Shown one piece after another: positions 1 to 10,870 of a DNA stretch of 55,879 bases. Positions within the stretch are counted from its first letter, which is position 1, and every line of letters begins with the position of its first letter. Position numbers and translations under genes: made by a program. This stretch comes from Girardia tigrina (lineage: Eukaryota): assembly GCA_001938485.1 (NCBI GenBank), contig MQRK01178631.1:6518-62396 (forward strand), in the 5' to 3' direction. The notes beneath the pieces were generated by a model. That model saw only the letters and a list, made by a program, of their open reading frames with translations, made no database searches and was not told the origin of the DNA.

Positions 1-69
1 TCATTCGTAAGAGTAGCTTCTGCCATGTCTACCAGCAAATATAAAATTATGTAATTATAACACACAAAA

Positions 70-955
70 AGATATGGTGTCTATATTACGTGTTCTCAAA
101 TAGCTGCCGCACCCTGTATGTATCCGTGCATTGTCCTGGATAAGGAAATGGGGTCTCACAGGCATTTTTTCGGATAATTCATCGATAAACACATGGTACT
201 TGATATTATCCAAACTGCCCCTGGTCCTTCTTTGTCTGTGGCCATCACCACCGACATATTATTCCCCCTATTTGTAGGTAACACCGATATTCACAGGTTC
301 TCCTCTTTTAGACCGCCCTGTTGTCCTTCTCGTCCAAAGGTTGAAACCGATTTCATTAATGTAGACACATTGATTAATCCGCCAATCTTCTTTCATAAAT
401 CGCCAGGCATATTGAAATCTGATTTCCTTTACCCGATCAGAGTGATTTCTTGTACTGAGCCTCTGACTTTTTTATTGTGATTAACTAGCCATTCAGGAAT
501 CTGGATATTGTAGCTTGTGATACATTGATTCCTTGATTTTCTTCTAGAAATCTCTTCATTTCGGACAGTGTTGATTTGGAGTTGTCCTCAATGAATTATA
601 TTAACAGTTCGCCCACTTATTTTATGATTATTGGCTTCATGTAGCCTCCCCAGTTTCCAAATGATATGAGACCATACATTCTATTCTTATAAACTATTGT
701 TTTGGCCGCCGATTCGGAGATGTTTAGTTGTCTGGCCAGGTGAAGTAATCCTCGCCCATATTATATGCTCTAATGAGCCTTTCTTTATCGATTTCTGCAA
801 TTCTAAATGCCCATAATTATTCGTAGTTAAAATTAAATTAAAATTGCGATTTTCTTGTTTCCTTTTCTCATTATCATCCGTCATGCTAAAAATGCAAATT
901 AATAATAAAAACGAAAGGTATGAAATAACAACCTCGTGTAAGTGTTGCTCGCACT
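70..955 (-). mobile_element. Degraded IS630/Tc1-like (DDE_3-type) DNA transposon; its terminus is interrupted by the LINE at 964
   Basis: Minus-strand frames read CVYINEIGFNLWTRRTTGRSKRGEP (first catalytic D motif, degenerate) and QDNARIH (second D), with frameshifts. The probable terminus continues after the LINE as GGGAATA at 3744-3750. Confidence 0.7.
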
Positions 956-963
956 ACTAATTG

Positions 964-3735
964 TTCAATTTTCAGGTACCGATTGGAAGTTTACCAATCA
1001 AAAGATCTGTGATGTTGTATGAGGAGCAAGCACAAGATCAAAGCGAACTCCCCCGAATCAAAAGTGGCTACATGGTCACCTAGAGGAGTTAAAGATACAT
1101 ATTGGAGAAAAATGGGCGAGGCAAACTGAGTTTGTGAGGAATAGAAACTACGACACTTTTTCCAGGTGGAAATCCAGCAGAATACTTCTCCAGAAGAACA
1201 TCAGAAGATGGAAACGTCAAAGAGTCGAGGCTCTAGGCCAACAAATCGAGAAGATACTAAACAATGACGGAGAAGGAAAACTGAAGGAGCTCACTACGGA
1301 ACTACGTATCCTCTGTAAATCTCAATCGAAGGAGAACACTCTGTGTACTACGTCGAACCCTATTGGGAACAAGGAGCTGACCAACCACTTCAATAATCTT
1401 TTTAGGGCCCCATTAGAGCAGAAGGAACGGATTAATATCACTGGAGACACTCTAAATCTCGATGATTTGGATTCTCCTCCGACGAGAGAAGAAATAACTC
1501 AGGCAATGAAGCAGTTGAAGAGTGGTACAGCCGCGGGATCTGATGGATTGATCCCTGACATCTATAAGTGGGGGGGTGTGTGAAAATACTAACCCTGCTG
1601 GAGGAGTGCTTTAGGAACATATGGAACGGATTAGAGGCATTCCCATCTAGTTGGAGAGAGGTCAAAGTGGTGCTTCTTTTCAAAGGGAAAGGCTCTCGAA
1701 AAGATCCAAATAACTACCGAGGCATTTTTCTTTTAGATGTAGGAGGAAAGATTCTAGCCAGAATCATCCCGAACCGAATCACTCCGATCACCGAAACGAT
1801 ACTGGACGAGTGGCAGTATGGATTCCGGCCGGGAAGAGGAACTCAGTTGGCTATAATTTTCTTTAGGAAATTGCAGGAGGAAGCGCGATACAAGAACATT
1901 AATATGTATGTCATCTTTATCGACTCGAAGAAGGCATTCGACAGTGTCCCCTGGAGTCTCTTCTATGGAGCTGTTTAAAGAGACTTGGGATAAGGGGGAG
2001 AATGTTAGAGATCATCAAAACTTTCTATGAGGGATTCGAAGGTTCTATAGGTGATGAAACCTTCAACATAGATAAAGGAGTGCGTCAAGGTTGTGTTTTT
2101 GGGCCGCTCCTGTTCAATATTGTATTCGACACGGTTGTGAAAAGAGCAATATTGAACGGTCTCTCTGGAGGAGTGATGATGAAAAATGAAGACGGAAGCT
2201 TCCTTGAGATCAACAGACTAGCATATGCTGACAATCTCTGCTTCATCGACACGGACTGGAACAACCTGATAAATAATTTGAACATTTTAAATGCATCCTT
2301 TTTAGATTTAGGTCTCAAAATTAACATCGGTAAAACCAAAGTTTTGAACCTAAACGGAGATGCTCGGATCATTACTGCTGGGCACCAGCTTGAGGCCGGT
2401 ATTGAGTGGGTCTCTAGCTTTTGTTACCTAGGATCCACGATCTCTTCAACAGGAAATGTGGACGCGGAAGTGAAAGAAAGAATCAAGAAAGGAGCCCAGA
2501 AGATCCGGGATCTGAGACCAGTGCTGAAGAACTCCAAACTGAGTATGAGGAATAAGAAGAAAGTAATCAACGCATGCATATTCTCCGTAGTCTACTACGG
2601 CTGTGAAAGCTGGAGAACTGCTGACATGAACATTAAGAAATTACATGCCCTTCATAACCCATGCACGCGCATAGTTAGGAAGAAACACAAAATTGAAAAG
2701 ATCCGTATGGACATCCTGGACATTGGACTCCCACATCCCATGGATATTATCGAGAGTAAACGGCTTACTTTCCACAATAAGACAGAAACAAAAACTTCAG
2801 AGGAGTACAAGACAATCAAACGAATCTGGAAGGGAGAAATACAAATGTGGAAGAAGATCAGTGGGAGGAAGAAGCAATCAATTTCGGAATGTCTTCGAGT
2901 GGACATACAGTGGCTATTTAGGGATGATGCGGTGTATGGAGATTTCATTAACCGCATCAATCACAGAGATCCTACTGTATCGAGGGAAACATACATAAAC
3001 TCCTTAATTCGATCAGTAAGACTCAATAGGACAAGAACAACTGTACCGAAGCTGATCAACGAGAGAGACAAACGTCACCAATGTCCAGTAAAAAGATGCT
3101 ACAAGGAGTTTGCTGAAAAGAAGGAACTGAATAGACACATGAAAATGGACCATGCGGTGTCCACTTCCGCTAATCCTGATCAGCTCAATGAGATACAACA
3201 ACAGCAATTGTCATTCCCATGTACACTATGCCAAAAGTCGTACAAAACGAAGGGGTGGTTGACCAGGCATCTCTACCGGGATCATAAATTGGAGGAGACC
3301 GAAAAAATTGGAGAACCGACAATGATACCAGCGCAAACCAGTACAACAACAGAAGAAAGAGTCGTAGAAAACCTCAACATTCCAGGCAACCAGATTCAAT
3401 CTGTGACGGACTAAATCGACTATCTCGACGGCGGTGGAAGAAAAGATCGGTACTGAAGAAACACATCTAACTTTTTAGATCTAACTGCAAGGGTGGAGTT
3501 CAGATGTCCCTTTCGTGGATGTACGAAATCCACGAATACAGACAAAGGTATGCAGAACCATGGCTATACAACCCATGTGTGATCGTTTCTCACAGGGAAG
3601 CCGAAAAGATCTCGGAGACAGAAACTATCCGATCCAGTAGGAGGCCTATCGGGGGGCTGCTAGTGATTCTTTAGTTTGGGTGGACCTACTAAAGAGCCTA
3701 GAGGCTCAATACCATTCGAAAGAGATGGGAGGCCC
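964..3735 (+). mobile_element. 5'-truncated RTE-like non-LTR retrotransposon (LINE) with RT and three C-terminal C2H2 fingers; copy 1
   Basis: ORF pieces 1134-1583, 1568-1978 and 2002-3414 join by frameshifts into one RT: PPTREEI..K.G.AAGSDG, NYRGI, QYGFRPGR, FIDSKKAFDSV, GVRQGCVFGPLLFN, LAYADN (YADD mutated), GLKINIGKTK, YLGS. Fingers: CPVKRC..HMKMDH, CTLC..HLYRDH, CPFRGC..HGYTTH. The ancestral ORF ends DPVGGLSGGC* at 3663. An 8-bp TSD ACTAATTG lies at 956-963 and 3736-3743. Confidence 0.93.
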
Positions 3736-4453
3736 ACTAATTGGGGAATATTCAAAATTTTCCATTTTTTTATTAAAAAATATTTTTTATTAAGTGCTCT
3801 ATTTTTTTATTAAATGAACTTAAAATAGGTGTGTATTATCTTGTGTATGTTTGTATTTTGTGTGTGTTTGGCGTGTGTGTGGTGTATGTATGGGTGAGAA
3901 AATATTTATCATATATTATTTTTTATTAACTGTAAACATACGTTATTAAAGTGTGTTTTCATTTAATTTTCTACCTTCTCATTGTATATTTAATTTTAGA
4001 TTTGGATTTTATTTATGGATTTTGTAAAATACTGTCCAATATTTGTTATTAACTGAAAGCCACAGTATATTGACAACGGAACTGATTAACTAAACACCTT
4101 CATTTTATCTTTCTGTTAAATAGTTATAGTTTAATATAATTGTATTAAACAATTGCATATTTCTTTTTATTTATATTGGTTCTGGATTCGAAAAAATTAT
4201 AAAATAAATAAAAAACTGTAGATGTAAAATTAAAAATAAAAATGTTTATTTATATTACGAAAAAGGAAATTATATTTTGTGAAAAACATTCATTTTCGGA
4301 TTGTTTAAACGCTTCGAAATAATCTAACATTATTGTTGGTGTTTATATGTGACTTTATAAATTTGAGGTGATTTGTAAAGAAAAATAAAAGTTGTATATG
4401 ACTGGTGTTTTTCTTTTCAATTTTATCAGTTGGCTAATTTCGCTAAAAATTTC

Positions 4454-5274
4454 TGTTGTGTGCCACCACAGTCCCGTTTTTTTATTATTTGTTGAACAAG
4501 AAAATTTAGAAGCCATGTAATTATGTTTGTGTTTATTTTAGTTATATTCGTGTTCATTTTTTATACATCGCCGTCGCAAGAGAGGACAAGTTTTACCAGA
4601 TGCCTAACCACGCAAAAACTTTCCTCCCAGAGAGTCTGTACACAACTAAATTCCTCTGGCTCAAGGACTACACATCCAACGGGTTGAAACTACCCTACAC
4701 CGGACCTAATAAAATCATTGAACTTTACCCCAGCAACCCGAAAATCATCAAGGACGGCAAAACTATCACAGTCCACCTCAATAACACCAAGCCCGCCTTC
4801 GTCGTGGACGACACCACCATCCCGGACAGCAATAACATGACCAGTTTCCTCTCTGACATGCTCGAGATGACCGTCACCGGTAAACCGCTCATTACCACCA
4901 ATCCAACTCCGTGCGAAGGAGCCAGCGGAAATACTGCAACTATTTCCACGACACCGCACGTCGAAGACAACAGTGATCAAACATCACCCGTTGACATTGT
5001 CGTTACTAAGCAACGCAACTCTCACATTAGACCTGCCAGATTCACAAGTTTGGTACCCATGCAAACCCCAACGGGCATCACCGGACTCCGCAGGCTCGAA
5101 CAATAACCTTCCGCGTTTCCCTTCCGGCGTGTCTCGTGTCTTTCGTTCGGGGGAGTTGTATTGTGTGCCATCACATTCCCGTATTTTTTAATTATTTGTT
5201 GAACAAGAAAATTTAGAAGTCATGTAATTATGCTTGTGTTTATTTTAGTTATATTTGTGTTCATTTTTTTATAC
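4454..5274 (+). mobile_element. Miniature, internally deleted Gypsy-like LTR element with two ~115-bp LTRs
   Basis: Direct repeats at 4454-4567 (TG...ACA) and ~5159-5274. A polypurine tract GGGGGAG precedes the second repeat. Internal ORF 4600-5106 carries an integrase C-terminal GPY/F-like motif (LPYTGPNKII...GKTITVHLNNTKPAF). Confidence 0.75.
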
Positions 5275-5879
5275 TTCTTTGTATGTAAATGCCTTTTCCT
5301 ATTTTGTATTTGTGGATCAAAGTAATTGGAAATTTAATTTCAGAAATCAAAAAAATATTATTAAAAACGAAAAACGAATTTGTTTTAATCGATGATTAGC
5401 GTAAGCTAAAAATTTTTTGAAATAAAATAAAGAAATTGAATATCAGCCTTACTATTTTTTACTTATAATATCATCAATTGAATCGCTCATTTGATTCATT
5501 CTCGTTAATCTGTTTTATGCCTCTTTTAAATACTTGAAAACCGTTAGATTCATTTCCCAACTGCATCTCATGTTACTTGATATTGAAATGGATTTGGAGT
5601 TTTGATATTTTTGTCTGCTATTCTATATGGACAATTTATTAACGATAAAAATTTAATGATCTTTAACTCAAACCCAAATAAAACCGATTAATCCAATATT
5701 TCTCAATGGCCGAATTTTCATCACAACAATCAGCGGCGTGGCCGTTTTCTCGGTGCTATCGTCGCTTTTTGGTCGCGTGAGGGTTTGCCGATTTTGCGGT
5801 TCGCGGGCCCGTGGTCCCGACGAATATACAACAATTCTAAATACGTGAATGCAATTAAGTCAAGTGATGAGATTAATAG

Positions 5880-6135
5880 CAATTTAAAATTGATATTAAT
5901 CGTATGATTCAAATTCATCAATTTGATTAAATGTGTATTGTCTCGCAATTTGAATAATAAACATCTCAGAGATAAATTATTGATCGAACTATTTTTGAAA
6001 AATGCCGACGTAAACAAGAATGATTTAGTCAATTTTGTTGAATTCGTTCGATACATTGAAACTCGCGACGAAATATTAAATCTCGTATATCGTGAGATAG
6101 AATTAAACATGAATAAAATGATCAGTCTTAATTGA
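5880..6135 (+). pseudogene. EF-hand pair fragment resembling the N-terminus of calcium-binding mitochondrial carriers (SCaMC/SLC25A23-25)
   Basis: LFLKNADVNKNDLVNFVEFVRYIETRDEILNLVYREIELNMNKMI follows the SCaMC EF2-EF3 pattern (D.NKDG.LDF.EF..Y....E..L.L.F..LD.N.DG.I). Upstream frames are broken and no carrier domain follows. Confidence 0.5.
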
Positions 6136-6819
6136 TGATTAATTAATTGCCAGAGCTTTCATTTTTATTAAAGAATAAAAATTAGTCCATGTCACTTGAA
6201 ATCTAATCTGAGACAGTGTTATTCTTTATACTGTCGTTCCTATATAATCAGTGACGTATTGATTACTGATTAAAAGACTACATAAATCGATCGGAAAAAA
6301 GTAAAAGAATAAATTAATTTAAAAAATAGGAAGAAGGTAATTATTGAGAAAGCTTTAAAAACGGTGCGAAAAGTTTAAATATAAATTATATATTAAAATC
6401 ATCATATTTTTGTATAAATAAAGTCATCCAATGGAGACACTAAGTACCTCACGAACTATCTAAAGTCTAAGAATAATGATGAAACTTTTCTTTTAATAAA
6501 CTTGTAAAAAATGTGCAGACTAAATAGAGATATATTTTAAATAAACGTATTGTTTTGATTCAATTTTAATAAATTTATTTATTCACCTCTCTATAATCCA
6601 ACATATTAATAAGGGTTATATTTTATGTTATAATTGAAGTATTTTGAATTTTTTATTGATGTTTTGAGATAATCCATGTCTGTTGAAAAAAATCAAGGGT
6701 CTGAATAATCCAAAAGATTGAGAAGCACTAGATAAATCGATAGATGGATTTGTTTTACTTCGTTGGAATTTAAATGAACATAAAGATATATGACGACCTA
6801 TAAACGGGGTGTGAAAGTT

Positions 6820-6955
6820 CATTAACTTTACCCCAGCAACGCGAAAATCATCAAAGACGGCAAAACTATCACAGTCCACCTCAATAACACCAAGCCGCCT
6901 TCGTCGTGGACGACACCCCCATCCCGGATAGCAATAACAGGATCAGTTTCCTCTT
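6820..6955 (+). repeat. ~135-bp local duplicate of the Gypsy integrase-tail fragment (4717-4853)
   Basis: Near-identical AACTTTACCCCAGCAAC...CAGTTTCCTCT. Confidence 0.9.
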
Positions 6956-9369
6956 GACAAATAAGTTGACAACCATAAATATAGCAAATCTTCTAGATTT
7001 AAAAATACAAAAGAAAAATTAAATTTAGTTTTAGAAAACTTCATTGAAAAAAATCTATCATTGAAAAATTTTTTTCTTATTAAATTTTGTTTAAGAAATT
7101 TAGGTTACATACGAAAATAATGAGAAAATGAACACTAATGCTTCGCAACATATTTAGATTTAATAAATACGTCGTTTTAAAATAAGTTCAGATTTTATCA
7201 AAAAGTTCAATTTTTCAAATTAATTTTATGTATTTTCCATATTTATTATAACGAATCACTTCAAGACGAAAACTTTCATTGTTATTAAAATGGTTTCTGA
7301 TTCGTAAATATGTATGAATTAGAGTTGTACGTATTTATAAAACGAGAAAACGTTAACTACAATATTATAATTAATTAGGTGTATTTTGAAAATGTAATTT
7401 TGGATATTTAAAAACAAATGGAAAATTCGCGATGTTTTGTGTACGTTCTTCAAACTGTTATTTGCATTATACCACTACAATCGATACAACAAATATTACA
7501 TTGATTAATACACCGATTGCATTATTATTTTATGGACTAAATTTCCCTTTCAATATTTAATATCCAATTATTTTTTTTAATAGAAAATTTTTTAAAAAAA
7601 CAAAATTTATAATTAAATATTTTCTAATTTGTTTTAATAATGTAAAAGGGACAGAAATTTCGTAATCAGTTCAAATGAAAATTTAAAAATGTCTTAATCA
7701 TGAAAATTACTTGCAAACCATTTCAATGAAAAAATGTTTTCCTTTTGGACAAAAACCAACCAATTATTGATGGTATATTAGAGGAAAATGAGAATTTCGA
7801 ACATAAATCGTTGAATCAAAGAAAGTTTCAAATCTCTTTAATATCACTAAGATTTATGCGTCATTCAAAATACTAACGGTTATAACCATTGGAAAATGAA
7901 TTTCCTAACAATATAATAAGAAATTCATTCATATTTACTACAAGTTATAACATTTTCAGAAAAAAATACTTAGGCTTACCTAAAAAAAACAATGGTATAA
8001 AAGAAGGATATTGCTGTGATCAAGTTGTTCTTCATATTTTCAATTTTATCCTTTTTTCAATTAAATTAGAAAACTTTGGGGAAAAATTCATAATAACAAA
8101 AGAAGAGGCTGTTTTGAATTATGAAAGGTCTTATAAATAATTGCAATTCTCTCATTTTATATATGAACATATTTCAATTTTTCCCCGGAAAATGTGCTTA
8201 AAAGTTATGATGCATGGAAAAAAATAATATCGATATCAAAAAAGTTGAGGAACTGAAATGATATTTCTGAAATATTGCTTCCATGAATTCTTAACAGACA
8301 TTAATTCGTGTAAGAAGAATGTTAAAATTAAAATTTTTAGCCTCACGAAAAATATTTACACTTAATATCACTAAGTGATCTATCTCCATAAATTTGATAT
8401 TAATATTTTCAAATAAAACATTTTTTCCATAAGAAAACAGAAAATAATGGTTTACATATATCAATGCCTTCGGAACTTCTTTAATAAGTCCTTCGATATT
8501 AAAAATATTATTTTCATCACACTTGACAAAAATTCTTTTTTCAAAATGATTTTAGAAAGAATAATCATAATTTTCTTTGATATTTATAAATTTAACTACT
8601 TAAAGACTTATATTTAAAATTACGATTATGCGATAAAATTCTTTTTTAATTAAAAAAATATGATCTGTTTTTACATTTGTAGCTTTATCTATAATTGTCA
8701 GGACCGTTAACAAAACATTCATTCAGTTATACTTTTTGATTTGGTGACGATGTATCTCATTGTCGAAGAATGTTTTACTATCTGTATTTTAAAAATAACC
8801 TTTGTGAATTTTGATTACGGCTTCCAAATGGATAAATCTTTTTAATTATAAAAAAACTTATTCATTAAGAATGGCGGGAATTTGTAATTATTAAAATATC
8901 TTAAACAACATTTTCAAAATTTATTATATAATGATTTTCAGTTATTAAATCGAAAAAAAGAAACTATTCCGATCTAAATTATGACCCACTTGAATCAAGG
9001 TATATTTTATCAGATCATTTCTCAGAGAATTCTAAAATTTTTAAATCATAAATTTCGACAAACCTGATTCCAAATACTATTAACATAAACATTATTTTGA
9101 GATATGTTCCACAATAAACCCTAAGAATGCTTGGTTTTTGCTCTTATCTTGCTTATAAATCTTGGTATCTCTGCAAACGGATCGAAGAGCATAGTCAAAT
9201 GGATAATTAAGTAAATATTGCTAAACATAATAAAAATGTAAACAACTAAATCAAAAAGTTAAATTTTTTACATCCATTCTTTATGCAGACCGAACTCCAC
9301 TTTTCCAACAAAGATTTAATTACAAAAAGTAATTTAAAAAAACAATAAAAAATTAATATAAACTACTTA

Positions 9370-9600
9370 TAATTTATAAGTAGATCTTATTCAAATTAAT
9401 ATTGTCCTGGAACTCCGTTTTGTTCCCATTTTGGGACCTTAAAATGTTTTTCGTGATCAAACTTTCATATTTATTGTCATCGAAAATGAGTAATTGTACA
9501 AAGTTTAGAGAAAATTGACTGAGTAAAAAGCTTTCAAAAATTGGTTACTAAATTCCATGGATATATACATAGAAAATAAGCTAATATAAAGAATCTAAAA
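9370..9600 (+). repeat. Dispersed non-autonomous repeat (possibly Helentron/DINE-like); inverted copy at ~28365-28545
   Basis: AATTTATAAGTAGATC...CTGGAA.TCC...CAAAGTTT.GAGAAAATTGA.TGAGTAAA is shared with the reverse complement of 28365-28545. The family assignment is a guess. Confidence 0.65.
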
Positions 9601-9765
9601 AAGTAAACGATTTTCAAATTATGTTCATCGACCTAAAAATTATTGTTATAGTGATGTGTAATTTAAACATAGAAATGTATTAAAAAGTTAAAATAATTGA
9701 AAATATTATAAAAATAATTGTCATTGCCTTTTTCTATTGGCTTTATTGTACAGTTTCCCTAAAAA

Positions 9766-10236
9766 TTATATACTGGTAGGACTAAAATTAAAAGCTTGGA
9801 CTGGAAACTCTTTAAAACTGTTTTTGCTGGAGAGGTTGACTGCCAGCATCCGGGCCCATGAGAATGCGGTCCACCATTTGTTGATCTTTTTGTCGTTGGC
9901 AAGCCGAGTTCGTGAGCATTCGAGGGAGTAAACGAAAAGTAGAGACATGGCACTCGCCTTACTGCCACTCGCAATATTATTGCCTAATCCTACAAAATAT
10001 GCATCATTTTTTGACGCATGAAACAGCACTTTTATTTTATTTTTCTCTTCCGAACGCTTTGTCACGCCCAACTGAAAACTTCGACTTTCTACTTTTTTTA
10101 TACAAATATTCAACAGTTCCGAGCATGTATTCGTATTTAATCCATAATTACTAAGTGATCGATTTAAAGCTTCAATTCTCATCTCATTTCTCGAGATCCC
10201 AGTTATTTTTGAAAGACTTTCAATTATGAAATCCAA
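9766..10236 (-). pseudogene. Chimeric ORF containing an ADP/ATP translocase (SLC25/ANT) fragment
   Basis: KNKIKVLFHASKNDAYFVGLGNNIASGSKASAMSLLFVYSLECSRTRLANDKK matches the ANT helix-3 region (NLASGG.AGA.SLLFVYSLDYARTRLAND.K). The FPVQAFNF motif follows it. The N-terminal ~60 aa are unrelated. Confidence 0.75.
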
Positions 10237-10466
10237 ATTATTCTACGATTGAAACAATTCAACATTTTTATAAACAAATATATAAAGTATTGAAATTAGA
10301 ATTCATTTTTTTATTTTTAATTTCAGTAATTTTTGATGTGGATCATTGACTCTAAACATACGAAAATTTTAAGTTTAAAAGTTAATTATTATTTTATCTC
10401 AAAATTTAAATAATAATTCCAATGTTTTTGTCCAAACTTAAAACGTAAGAATTTTTTATTCTAATC

Positions 10467-10870
10467 AGTAGAGCTCACGATTTACAGCGGCATGTTGTGT
10501 GTCGCCCTGGAAACTTATACAAACAAATAATAATACAAGTAAAATAACTTTATATTCTTTTTCTCTATTCTTATTTCTCTTCTTCAGCCAATCACAATAA
10601 ATATTCAAAGAAATATATCAAAACATTTACATTTTATCTTTTGTTAAAAAGACTGAACCGTGAACTAGCAGAATTTGTTGTGATAGAGAATATCATAAGG
10701 GTGACAACACCATGTCATAATTTGAGAAAGAACGTTACACATCAACTGAAAAGTTCGATAGTGCAATGTAAACTTTAGCAAGTGCTGCTAAACAAGGTAC
10801 TCTGTTTTGTAAGGCACTCAAAAATGTAATTACATCAGCTTGAATTACTTCACGAAATAAAAATATTACC
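10467..10870 (-). mobile_element. hAT transposon 3' fragment (C-terminal dimerization region)
   Basis: Minus strand reads RVPCLAALAKVYIALSNFSVDV*RSFSNY, matching the hAT SVDVERSFS motif. Confidence 0.6.

Noticed and set aside
1134-3414. RT as a bacterial retron, DGR or group II intron system
   Set aside because: The motifs, TSDs, 5' truncation and intron-containing neighbours all indicate a eukaryotic non-LTR retrotransposon.
5730-6110. Minus-strand 126-aa ORF with a basic C-terminus
   Set aside because: No recognisable domain; the plus strand has the better (EF-hand) signal.
7120-9220. Possible decayed receptor-like gene (EGYCCD motif, hydrophobic stretches)
   Set aside because: Too many stops and no motif strong enough to name.
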